In this document: positions 1 through 15,179 of the stretch, in pieces
How positions within the stretch are numbered: position 1 is the stretch's first letter
Layout of the letters: each line of letters starts with the position of its first letter
NCBI RefSeq assembly: GCF_009914755.1
Contig: NC_060948.1
Source: the human T2T-CHM13v2.0 reference genome, Homo sapiens
Reading direction: 5' to 3' (one strand)
DNA: 64,000 nucleotides
The notes under the pieces: generated by a model
The model's input: only the letters and a program-made list of their open reading frames with translations
The model's database searches: none
Told to the model about the DNA's origin: nothing
Program-made: the position numbers and the translations under genes

Positions 1-352
1 CATATTTTCATTTATAATATGTAGAATTATATAATCATATATAATTATTTATATTCTATAAAAAATTTTATCATTATATAAATTATAATATATAAAAATT
101 ATAGTACTACAAATATATATATTATATATCATATATGATATAGTACCTTTGTTATATATCATAATACATATAAATGTGTATTATGTTATCTATAATTATA
201 TAATTTCATATATAAGATGTATAATATGTATCATATATTATATATGTTATGTAATATATATAGTATATATAAGATGACACAGGATAAATATTATATACTA
301 TGACATATAAAATATATGAGGTTATATGTTACATATAAGGCATAGCACATAA

Positions 353-493
<141 letters not shown>

Positions 494-496
494 TAG

Positions 497-526
497 CTGG
501 GACTACACCACACTGGGACTACACCA
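497..526. repeat. Direct repeat ctgggactacacca x2 (16 bp period) inside the Alu; present in every unit
   Basis: 497-510 and 513-526 are identical 14-mers separated by 'ca'. The Alu consensus has only one GCTGGGACTACA at this position. Confidence 0.9.
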
Positions 527-596
527 GCTGCCACCATGCCTAGCTAATTTTTTGGATTTTTAGTAGTGACAGCGTTTCACTGTATTGGCCAGGATG

Positions 597-667
597 GTCT
601 TGATCTCTTCACCTTGTGATCCCCTTGCCTTGGCCTCCAAATTTGCTGGGATTACAGGCCTGAGCCA
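597..667 (-). promoter_or_regulatory. Alu-derived Pol III internal promoter motifs (A-box-like TGGCTCAGGCC at 667-657; B box GATCAAGAC at 605-597); activity unknown
   Basis: The reverse complement of gtcttgatc fits the B-box consensus GWTCRANNC. The A-box-like motif survives the 5' truncation. Motif match only. Confidence 0.45.
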
Positions 668-1240
668 AGATCCATATTTTTTAAATGAAAAAAAATTTCA
701 AAGGTACTCTGCTTGGTACAATAATCAAATGTATAAACTGAGGAATAAAACATAACCATGAAACCTACTTATAAATGCATATGGAAAATACAGAGGATAA
801 TTTTTTAAATAACATATTTTGAAAGCCTTAACTAGTAATTTGAAGAGTTGGCATTTGAAAGGCCAGTATGAATATACCTTCAAAGCAGCAACACAGGTTC
901 CCCATGAGAAAAAGCAAACACAGGGAAAATAAAAACACAAAGGTTCAATCTCTTCTGACCTTTGAAAGACACAGCACAGACAGTGGTCCTTAGGACGAAG
1001 AGCAGGAGACCCCTAATTCCGTCACCATGGCGATAGGGCATAAACATTGCTGGGTGAGGGCACAATCCACATTGTGAGGTCCAACTGCTGCCAGGAAGAC
1101 AGGAGTGCTTTTACATAGACCGAAAGGTCATTGAAGGCTCAGAGTTTTGTTTCAAGAACTGAATCCCAAGCCCACACGTTATTAGGCTGCGCTTCTTAAA
1201 ACAAGTTATGAGATGGGAAAAAGGGCACCCACAAACATAC
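668..1240. repeat. HSATI-type moderate-GC segment of unit 1; an equivalent segment follows every Alu copy
   Basis: A ~570 bp complex, non-Alu stretch between the Alu 5' end and the AT-rich block, near-identical in all units. The HSATI name comes from the known DYZ2 architecture, not from an alignment. The right boundary is approximate. Confidence 0.8.
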
Positions 1241-2792
1241 GTATACATTATGTATATAATAATATACAGTATCATATATATAATATATATAACCTATGTA
1301 TAATATTGTTTTACATCCTGCATCTTATGTTATATATATTGTATAAAATATAATAATTGATAATATATAAGTTTTATAATTATACAATATGACATATAGT
1401 ATATATTATAATTTATGACATATATAATATATGTTATATATCATATATAGAATATATTATACGGTTAATATACGTATTAAATATAAATTATACATTATAT
1501 ATATTATATATAATATACTGTTATATATAATACCCATTATGCATAATATATATATTATGTCTATGTTATATATAGTATAAAACAACATATAATAATATAT
1601 AATTGTATATAAAATGCGACATATAATATATATTATATTTTATAACATATGTACTATATATTATATATTATATATAATACGTTGTATGTATAATACCTAT
1701 ATTAAATATATATTATATGACTATGTTATTAATTACATGTCACATGTGTTATATATTATATATTTTACATAGAATATACCGGTTACATACAATATATACT
1801 ATGTTACCTATAATGTATAATTTATTACATGTAAAATAAAGAATGCAATATATTATGTATAATTTATAATATACAATATGTGGAATGTGATATATATAAC
1901 ATATAATATATGATATATGATATACAGTATATGATATATAACATACAATATATGATTCCTAATATATATGGTATACAATATATATTTTATGATATGTATT
2001 CTATATGTTTTATATTCTGTTATATATAACTATTTGAAATTATATATAACTGTATAATATTTTATGTAAATATGTAATATAAGATATATAACTATATAAT
2101 ATATTATATATAACTATATATTATGTAATATATACTTTTATAACATAATTTACATAAAATATCATAATATAATATATATTATATTATTTCATATTACATA
2201 ATATATATTACATATCACCCAATATAACTAACATACATAATATTATAATATAGATTATATTGTGTTATATTAAATATCATATATATCATGTATCATATAT
2301 TCTATAATATATATTACACATTATATAATATGTATGTTGTCTATTATGTGATATATATAACTCTATATATAATTATATTTTTATACATATATCTAGATAA
2401 ACATGTAATTCTACATATTTTCATTTATAATATGTAGAATTATATAATCATATATAATTATTTATATTCTATAAAAAATTTTATCATTATATAAATTATA
2501 ATATATAAAAATTATAATATGTACTACAAATATATATATTATATATCATATATGATATAGTACCTTTGTTATATATCATAATACATATAAATGTGTATTA
2601 TGTTATCTATAATTATATAATTTCATATATAAGATGTATAATATGTATCATATATTATATATGTTATGTAATATATATAGTATATATAAGATGACACAGG
2701 ATAAATATTATATACTATGACATATAAAATATATGAGGTTATATGTTACATATAAGGCATAGCACATAACATGTAATATATACCATATATAA
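1241..2792. repeat. Degenerate (TA)n-rich low-complexity block of unit 1 (~1.55 kb); present in every unit
   Basis: Dominated by TATA/ATAT/TATAA/TATG words with sparse G/C. It is copied almost base-for-base between units, with only 1-8 bp indels. Confidence 0.93.
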
Positions 2793-3084
2793 TTTTTTTT
2801 TAGACAGAATCTTGTCCTGTTGCACAGGGTGGGGTACAATGGCGCCATCTTTGCTCACTGCAACTTCTGCCTCACGGGTCCAAGCGATTGTCCTCCCTCA
2901 GCCTCCCAGGTAGCTGGGACTACACCACACTGGGACTACACCAGCTGCCACCATGCCTAGCTAATTTTTTGGATTTTTAGTAGTGACAGCCTTTCACTGT
3001 ATTGGCCAGGATGGTCTTGATCTCTTCACCTTGTGATCCCCTTGCCTTGGCCTCCAAATTTGCTGGGATTACAGGCCTGAGCCA
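2793..3084 (-). mobile_element. Alu copy 2 (type A)
   Basis: Near-identical to copy 1. Confidence 0.94.
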
Positions 3085-5212
3085 AGATCCATATTTTTTA
3101 AGTGAAAAAAAATTTCAAAGGTACTCTGCTTGGTACAATAATCAAATGTATAAACTGAGGAATAAAACATAACCATGAAACCTGCTTATAACTGCATATG
3201 GAAAATACAGAGGATAATTTTTTAAATAACATATTTTGAAAGCCTTAACTAGTAATTTGAAGAGTTGGCATTTGAAAGGCCAGTATGAATATACCTTCAA
3301 AGCAGCAACACAGGTTCCCCATGAGAAAAAGCAAACACAGGGAAAATAAAAACACAAAGGTTCAATCTCTTCTGACCTTTGAAAGACACAGCACAGACAG
3401 TGGTCCTTAGGACGAAGAGCAGGAGACCCCTAATTCCGTCACCATGGCGATAGGGCATAAACATTGCTGGGTGAGGGCACAATCCACATTGTGAGGTCCA
3501 ACTGCTGCCAGGAAGACAGGAGTGCTTTTACATAGACCGAAAGGTCATTGAAGGCTCAGAGTTTTGTTTCAAGAACTGAATCCCAAGCCCACACGTTATT
3601 AGGCTGCGCTTCTTAAAACAAGTTATGAGATGGGAAAAAGGGCACCCACAAACATACGTATACATTATGTATATAATAATATACAGTATCATATATATAA
3701 TATATATAACCTATGTATAATATTGTTTTACATCCTGCATCTTATGTTATATATATTGTATAAAATATAATAATTGATAATATATAAGTTTTATAATTCT
3801 ACAATATGACATATAGTATATATTATAATTTATGACATATATAATATATGTTATATGTCATATATAGAATACATTATAGGGTTAATATACGTATTAAATA
3901 TAAATTATACATTATATATATTATATATAATATATCTGTTATATATAATACCCATTATGCATAATATATATATTATGTCTATGTTATATATAGTATAAAA
4001 CAACATATAATAATATATAATTGTATATATAAAATGCGACATATAATATATATTATATTTTATAACATATGTAATATATATTATATATTATATATAATAT
4101 GTTGTATGTATAATACCTATATTAAATATATATTATGTGACTATGTTATTAATTACATGTCACATGTGTTATATATTATATATTTTACATAGAATATACC
4201 GGTTACATACAATATATGCTATGTTACCTATAATGTATAATTTATTACATGTAAAATAAAGAATGCAATATATTATGTATAATTTATAATATACAATATG
4301 TGGAATGTGATATATATAACATATAATATATGATATATGATATACAGTATATGATATATAACATACAATATATGATTCCTAATATATATGGTATACAATA
4401 TATATTTTATGATATGTATTCTATATGTTTTATATTCTGTTATATATAACTATTTGAAATTATATATAACTGTATAATATTTTATGTAAATATGTAATAT
4501 AATATATATAACTATATAATATATTATATATAACTATATATTATGTAATATATACTTTTATAACATAATTTACATAAAATATCATAATATAATATATATT
4601 ATATTATTTCATATTACATAATATATATTACATATCACCCAATATAACTAACATACATAATATTATAATATAGATTATATTGTGTTATATTAAATATCAT
4701 ATATATCATGTATCAAATATTCTATAATATATATTACACATTATATAATATGTATGTTGTCTATTATGTGATATATATAACTCTATATATAATTATATTT
4801 TTATACATATATCTAGATAAACATGTAATTCTACATATTTTCATTTATAATATGTAGAATTATATAATCATATATAATTATTTATATTCTATAAAAAATT
4901 TTATCATTATATAAATTATAATATATAAAAATTATAATATGTACTACAAATATATATATTATATATCATATATGATATAGTACCTTTGTTATATATCATA
5001 ATACATATAAATGTGTATTATGTTATCTATAATTATATAATTTCATATATAAGATGTATAATATGTATCATATATTATATATGTTATGTAATATATATAG
5101 TATATATAAGATGACACAGGATAAATATTATATACTATGACATATAAAATATATGAGGTTATATGTTACATATAAGGCATAGCACATAACATGTAATATA
5201 TACCATATATAA

Positions 5213-5504
5213 TTTTTTTTTAGACAGAATCTTGTCCTGTTGCACAGGGTGGGGTACAATGGCGCCATCTTTGCTCACTGCAACTTCTGCCTCACGGGTC
5301 CAAGCGATTGTCCTCCCTCAGCCTCCCAGGTAGCTGGGACTACACCACACTGGGACTACACCAGCTGCCACCATGCCTAGCTAATTTTTTGGATTTTTAG
5401 TAGTGACAGCCTTTCACTGTATTGGCCAGGATGGTCTTGATCTCTTCACCTTGTGATCCCCTTGCCTTGGCCTCCAAATTTGCTGGGATTACAGGCCTGA
5501 GCCA
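5213..5504 (-). mobile_element. Alu copy 3 (type A)
   Basis: Near-identical to copy 1. Confidence 0.94.
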
Positions 5505-7632
5505 AGATCCATATTTTTTAAGTGAAAAAAAATTTCAAAGGTACTCTGCTTGGTACAATAATCAAATGTATAAACTGAGGAATAAAACATAACCATGAAA
5601 CCTGCTTATAACTGCATATGGAAAATACAGAGGATAATTTTTTAAATAACATATTTTGAAAGCCTTAACTAGTAATTTGAAGAGTTGGCATTTGAAAGGC
5701 CAGTATGAATATACCTTCAAAGCAGCAACACAGGTTCCCCATGAGAAAAAGCAAACACAGGGAAAATAAAAACACAAAGGTTCAATCTCTTCTGACCTTT
5801 GAAAGACACAGCACAGACAGTGGTCCTTAGGACGAAGAGCAGGAGACCCCTAATTCCGTCACCATGGCGATAGGGCATAAACATTGCTGGGTGAGGGCAC
5901 AATCCACATTGTGAGGTCCAACTGCTGCCAGGAAGACAGGAGTGCTTTTACATAGACCGAAAGGTCATTGAAGGCTCAGAGTTTTGTTTCAAGAACTGAA
6001 TCCCAAGCCCACACGTTATTAGGCTGCGCTTCTTAAAACAAGTTATGAGATGGGAAAAAGGGCACCCACAAACATACGTATACATTATGTATATAATAAT
6101 ATACAGTATCATATATATAATATATATAACCTATGTATAATATTGTTTTACATCCTGCATCTTATGTTATATATATTGTATAAAATATAATAATTGATAA
6201 TATATAAGTTTTATAATTCTACAATATGACATATAGTATATATTATAATTTATGACATATATAATATATGTTATATGTCATATATAGAATACATTATAGG
6301 GTTAATATACGTATTAAATATAAATTATACATTATATATATTATATATAATATATCTGTTATATATAATACCCATTATGCATAATATATATATTATGTCT
6401 ATGTTATATATAGTATAAAACAACATATAATAATATATAATTGTATATATAAAATGCGACATATAATATATATTATATTTTATAACATATGTAATATATA
6501 TTATATATTATATATAATACGTTGTATGTATAATACCTATATTAAATATATATTATGTGAATATGTTATTAATTACATGTCACATGTGTTATATATTATA
6601 TATTTTACATAGAATATACCGGTTACATACAATATATACTATGTTACCTATAATGTATAATTTATTACACGTAAAATAAAGAATGCAATATATTATGTAT
6701 AATTTATAATATACAATATGTGGAATGTGATATATATAACATATAATATATGATATATGATATACAGTATATGATATATAACATACAATATATGATTCCT
6801 AATATATATGGTATACAATATATATTTTATGATATGTATTCTATATGTTTTATATTCTGTTATATATAACTATTTGAAATTATATATAACTGTATAATAT
6901 TTTATGTAAATATGTAATATAATATATATAACTATATAATATATTATATATAACTATATATTATGTAATATATACTTTTATAACATAATTTACATAAAAT
7001 ATCATAATATAATATATATTATATTATTTCATATTACATAATATATATTACATATCACCCAATATAACTAACATACATAATATTATAATATAGATTATAT
7101 TGTGTTATATTAAATATCATATATATCATGTATCATATATTCTATAATATATATTACACATTATATAATATGTATGTTGTCTATTATGTGATATATATAA
7201 CTCTATATATAATTATATTTTTATACATATATCTAGATAAACATGTAATTCTACATATTTTCATTTATAATATGTAGAATTATATAATCATATATAATTA
7301 TTTATATTCTATAAAAAATTTTATCATTATATAAATTATAATATATAAAAATTATAATATGTACTACAAATATATATATTATATATCATATATGATATAG
7401 TACCTTTGTTATATATCATAATACATATAAATGTGTATTATGTTATCTATAATTATATAATTTCATATATAAGATGTATAATATGTATCATATATTATAT
7501 ATGTTATGTAATATATATAGTATATATAAGATGACACAGGATAAATATTATATACTATGACATATAAAATATATGAGGTTATATGTTACATATAAGGCAT
7601 AGCACATAACATGTAACATATACCATATATAA

Positions 7633-7924
7633 TTTTTTTTTAGACAGAATCTTGTCCTGTTGCACAGGGTGGGGTACAATGGCGCCATCTTTGCTCACTG
7701 CAACTTCTGCCTCACGGGTCCAAGCGATTGTCCTCCCTCAGCCTCCCAGGTAGCTGGGACTACACCACACTGGGACTACACCAGCTGCCACCATGCCTAG
7801 CTAATTTTTTGGATTTTTAGTAGTGACAGCCTTTCACTGTATTGGCCAGGATGGTCTTGATCTCTTCACCTTGTGATCCCCTTGCCTTGGCCTCCAAATT
7901 TGCTGGGATTACAGGCCTGAGCCA
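7633..7924 (-). mobile_element. Alu copy 4 (type A)
   Basis: Near-identical to copy 1. Confidence 0.94.
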
Positions 7925-10029
7925 AGATCCATATTTTTTAAGTGAAAAAAAATTTCAAAGGTACTCTGCTTGGTACAATAATCAAATGTATAAACTGAGG
8001 AATAAAACATAACCATGAAACCTGCTTATAACTGCATATGGAAAATACAGAGGATAATTTTTTAAATAACATATTTTGAAAGCCTTAACTAGTAATTTGA
8101 AGAGTTGGCATTTGAAAGGCCAGTATGAATATACCTTCAAAGCAGCAACACAGGTTCCCCATGAGAAAAAGCAAACACAGGGAAAATAAAAACACAAAGG
8201 TTCAATCTCTTCTGACCTTTGAAAGACACAGCACAGACAGTGGTCCTTAGGACGAAGAGCAGGAGACCCCTAATTCCGTCACCATGGCGATAGGGCATAA
8301 ACATTGCTGGGTGAGGTCACAATCCACATTGTGAGGTCCAACTGCTGCCAGGAAGACAGGAGTGCTTTTACATAGACCGAAAGGTCATTGAAGGCTCAGA
8401 GTTTTGTTTCAAGAACTGAATCCCAAGCCCACACGTTATTAGGCTGCGCTTCTTAAAACAAGTTATGAGATGGGAAAAAGGGCACCCACAAACATACGTA
8501 TACATTATGTATATAATAATATACAGTATCATATATATAATATATATAACCTATGTATAATATAGTTTTACATCCTGCATCTTATGTTATATATATTGTA
8601 TAAAATATAATAATTGATAATATATAAGTTTTATAATTATACAATATGACATATAGTATATATTATAATTTATGACATATATAATATATGTTATATGTCA
8701 TATATAGAATATATTATAGGGTTAATATACGTATTAAATATAAATTATACATTATATATATTATATATAATATATCTGTTATATATAATACCCATTATGC
8801 ATAATATATATATTATGTCTATGTTATATATAGTATAAAACAACATATAATAATATATAATTGTATATATAAAATGCGACATATAATATATATTATATTT
8901 TATAACATATGTAATATATATTATATATTATATATAATACGTTGTATGTATAATACCTATATTAAATATATATTATGTGACTATGTTATTAATTACATGT
9001 CACATGTGTTATATATTATATATTTTACACAGAATATACCGGTTACATACAATATATACTATGTTACCTATAATGTATAATTTATTACATGTAAAATAAA
9101 GAATGCAATATATTATGTATAATTTATAATATACAATATGTGGAATGTGATATATATAACATATAATATATGATATATGATATACAGTATATGATATATA
9201 ACATACAATATATGATTCCTAATATATATGGTATACAATATATATTTTATGATATGTATTCTATATGTTTTATATTCTGTTATATATAACTATTTGAAAT
9301 TATATATAACTGTATAATATTTTATGTAAATATGTAATATAATATATATAACTATATAATATATTATATATAACTATATATTATGTAATATATACTTTTA
9401 TGACATAATTTACATAAAATATCATAATATAATATATATTATATTATTTCATATTACATAATATATATTACATATCACCCAATATAACTAACATACATAA
9501 TATTATAATATAGATTATATTGTGTTATATTAAATATCATATATATCATGTATCATATATTCTATAATATATATTACACATTATATAATATGTATGTTGT
9601 CTATTATGTGATATATATAACTCTATATATAATTATATTTTTATACATATATCTAGATAAACATGTAATTCTACATATTTTCATTTATAATATGTAGAAT
9701 TATATAATCATATATAATTATTTATATTCTATAAAAAATTTTATCATTATATAAATTATAATATATAAAAATTATAATATGTACTACAAATATATATATT
9801 ATATATCATATATGATATAGTACCTTTGTTATATATCATAATACATATAAATGTGTATTATGTTATCTATAATTATATAATTTCATATATAAGATGTATA
9901 ATATGTATCATATATTATATATGTTATGTAATATATATAGTATATATAAGATGACACAGGATAAATATTATATACTATGACATATAAAATATATGAGGTT
10001 ATATGTTACATATAAGGCATAGCACATAA

Positions 10030-10344
<315 letters not shown>

Positions 10345-12444
10345 AGATCCATATTTTTTAAATGAAAAAAAATTTCAAAGGTACTCTGCTTGGTACAATA
10401 ATCAAATGTATAAACTGAGGAATAAAACATAACCATGAAACCTACTTATAACTGCATATGGAAAATACAGAGGATAATTTTTTAAATAACATATTTTGAA
10501 AGCCTTAACTAGTAATTTGAAGAGTTGGCATTTGAAAGGCCAGTATGAATATACCTTCAAAGCAGCAACACAGGTTCCCCATGAGAAAAAGCAAACACAG
10601 GGAAAATAAAAACACAAAGGTTCAATCTCTTCTGACCTTTGAAAGACACAGCACAGACAGTTGTCCTTAGGACGAAGAGCAGGAGACCCCTAATTCCGTC
10701 ACCATGGCGATAGGGCATAAACATTGCTGGGTGAGGGCACAATCCACATTGTGAGGTCCAACTGCTGCCAGGAAGACAGGAGTGCTTTTACATAGACCGA
10801 AAGGTCATTGAAGGCTCAGAGTTTTGTTTCAAGAACTGAATCCCAAGCCCACACGTTATTAGGCTGCGCTTCTTAAAACAAGTTATGAGATGGGAAAAAG
10901 GGCACCCACAAACATACGTATACATTATGTATATAATAATATACAGTATCATATATATAATATATATAACCTATGTATAATATTGTTTTACATCCTGCAT
11001 CTTATGTTATATATATTGTATAAAATATAATAATTGATAATATATAAGTTTTATAATTATACAATATGACATATAGTATATATTATAATTTATGACATAT
11101 ATAATATATGTTATATATCATATATAGAATATATTATACGGTTAATATACGTATTAAATATAAATTATACATTATATATATTATATATAATATACTGTTA
11201 TATATAATACCCATTATGCATAATATATATATTATGTCTATGTTATATATAGTATAAAACAACATATAATAATATATAATTGTATATAAAATGCGACATA
11301 TAATATATATTATATTTTATAACATATGTACTATATATTATATATTATATATAATACGTTGTATGTATAATACCTATATTAAATATATATTATATGACTA
11401 TGTTATTAATTACATGTCACATGTGTTATATATTATATATTTTACATAGAATATACCGGTTACATACAATATATACTATGTTACCTATAATGTATAATTT
11501 ATTACATGTAAAATAAAGAATGCAATATATTATGTATAATTTATAATATACAATATGTGGAATGTGATATATATAACATATAATATATGATATATGATAT
11601 ACAGTATATGATATATAACATGCAATATATGATTCCTAATGTATATGGTATACAATATATATTTTATGATATGTATTCTATATGTTTTATATTCTGTTAT
11701 ATATAACTATTTGAAATTATATATAACTGTATAATATTTTATGTAAATATGTAATATAAGATATATAACTATATAATATATTATATATAACTATATATTA
11801 TGTTATATATACTTTCATAACATAATTTACATAAAATATCATAATATAATATATATTATATTATTTCATATTACATAATATATATTACATATCACCCAAT
11901 ATAACTAACATACATAATATTATAATATAGATTATATTGTGTTATATTAAATATCATATATATCATGTATCATATATTCTATAATATATATTACAGATTA
12001 TATAATATGTATGTTGTCTATTATGTGATATATATAACTCTATATATAATTATATTTTTATACATATAACTAGATAAACATGTAATTCTACATATTTTCA
12101 TTTATAATATGTAGAATTATATAATCATATATAATTATTTATATTCTATAAAAAATTTTATCATTATATAAATTATAATATATAAAAATTATAATATGTA
12201 CTACAAATATATATATTATATATCATATATGATATAGTACCTTTGTTATATATCATAATACATATAAATGTGTATTATGTTATCAATAATTATATAATTT
12301 CATATATAAGATGTATAATACGTATCATATATTATATATGTTATGTAATATATATAGTATATATAAGATGACACAGGATAAATATTATATACTATGATAT
12401 AAAATATATGAGGTTATATGTTACATATAAGGCATAGCACATAA

Positions 12445-12759
<315 letters not shown>

Positions 12760-14864
12760 AGATCCATATTTTTTAAATGAAAAAAAATTTCAAAGGTACT
12801 CTGCTTGGTACAATAATCAAATGTATAAACTGAGGAATAAAACATAACCATGAAACCTACTTATAACTGCATATGGAAAATACAGAGGATAATTTTTTAA
12901 ATAACATATTTTGAAAGCCTTAACTAGTAATTTGAAGAGTTGACATTTGAAAGGCCAGTATGAATATACCTTCAAAGCAGCAACACAGTTTCCCCATGAG
13001 AAAAAGCAAACACAGGGAAAATAAAAACACAAAGGTGCAATCTCTTCTGACCTTTGAAAGACACAGCACAGACAGTGGTCCTTAGGACGAAGAGCAGGAG
13101 ACCCCTAATTCCGTCACCATGGCGATAGGGCATAAACATTGCTGGGTGAGGGCACAATCCACATTGTGAGGTCCAACTGCTGCCAGGAAGACAGGAGTGC
13201 CTTTACATAGACCGAAAGGTCATTGAAGGCTCAGAGTTTTGTTTCAAGAACTGAATCCCAAGCCCACACGTTATTAGGCTGTGCTTCTTAAAACAAGTTA
13301 TGAGATGGGAAAAAGGGCACCCACAAACATACGTATACATTATGTATATAATAATATACAGTATCATATATATAATATATATAACCTATGTATAATATTG
13401 TTTTACATCCTGCATCTTATGTTATATATATTGTATAAAATATAATAATTGATAATATATAAGTTTTATAATTATACAATATGACATATAGTATATATTA
13501 TAATTTATGACATATATAATATATGTTATATGTCATATATAGAATATATTATACGGTTAATATACGTATTAAATATAAATTATACATTATATATATTATA
13601 TATAATATATCTGTTATATATAATATCCATTATGCATAATATATATATTATGTCTATGTTATATATAGTATAAAACAACATATAATAATATATAATTGTA
13701 TATATAAAATGCGACATATAATATATATTATATTTTATAACATATGTAATATATATTATATATTATATATAATAAGTTGTATGTATAATACCTATATTAA
13801 ATATATATTATATGACTATGTTATTAATTACATGTCACATGTGTTATATATTATATATTTTACACAGAATATACCGGTTACATACAATATATACTATGTT
13901 ACCTATAATGTATAATTTATTACATGTAAAATAAAGAATGCAATATATTATGTATAATTTATAATATACCATATGTGGAATGTGATATATATAACATATA
14001 ATATATGATATATGATATACAGTATATGATATATAACATACAATATATGATTCCTAATATATATGGTATACAATATATATTTTATGATATGTATTCTATA
14101 TGTTTTATATTCTGTTATATATAACTATTTGAAATTATATATAACTGTATAATATTTTATGTAAATATGTAATATAATATATATAACTATATAATATATT
14201 ATATATAACTATATATTATGTTATATATACTTTTATAACATAATTTACATAAAATATCATAATATAATATATATTATATTATTTCATATTACATAATATA
14301 TATTACATATCACCCAATATAACTAACATACATAATATTATAATATAGATTATATTGTGTTATATTAAATATCATATATATCATGTATCATATATTCTAT
14401 AATATATATTACACATTATATAATATGTATGTTGTCTATTATGTGATATATATAACTCTATATATAATTATATTTTTATACATATAACTAGATAAACATG
14501 TAATTCTACATATTTTCATTTATAATATGTAGAATTATATAATCATATATAATTATTTATATTCTATAAAAAATTTTATCATTATATAAATTATAATATA
14601 TAAAAATTATAATATGTACTACAAATATATATATTATATATCATATATGATATAGTACCTTTGTTATATATCATAATACATATAAATGTGTATTATGTTA
14701 TCTATAATTATATAATTTCATATATAAGATGTATAATATGTATCATATATTATATATGTTATGTAATATATATAGTATATATAAGATGACACAGGATAAA
14801 TATTATATACTATGACATATAAAATATATGAGGTTATATGTTACATATAAGGCATAGCACATAA

Positions 14865-15179
<315 letters not shown>

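Noticed and set aside
497-526. CRISPR-like or recombination-site reading of the short direct repeats
   Set aside because: There are only two copies with a 2 bp spacer, no unique spacers and no cas or recombinase genes; the context is a primate Alu.
725-1065. Recurrent 71 aa (MCFYFPCV...) and 61 aa (MCPHPAMF...) minus-strand ORFs in nearly every unit
   Set aside because: They recur only because the unit is repeated. Both begin at TTG rather than ATG, they overlap in different frames, resemble no protein family I recognise, and are freely broken by start loss, stops and a frameshift (e.g. ~8317, ~32313, units 16-21).
1021-1077. Strong Kozak context gtcaccATGG with a nearby GG/GTGAGG donor-like site
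   Set aside because: The frame closes after 16 codons (TGA). There is no promoter, acceptor or transcript evidence, and such motifs arise by chance.
1881-1890. GGAAT pentamer suggesting HSat3/DYZ1
   Set aside because: It occurs as an isolated word within the unit. No (GGAAT)n tract or DYZ1 junction is present in the window.
1241-2792. Numerous TATA boxes and AATAAA signals
   Set aside because: They are expected from base composition and carry no positional information.
8874-9080. Ile/Tyr-rich ORFs (also 13709, 23120, 23251, 39798, 42851, 47045, 54347, 56767)
   Set aside because: These are translations of ATA/TAT low-complexity DNA, opened by single substitutions that remove a stop codon.
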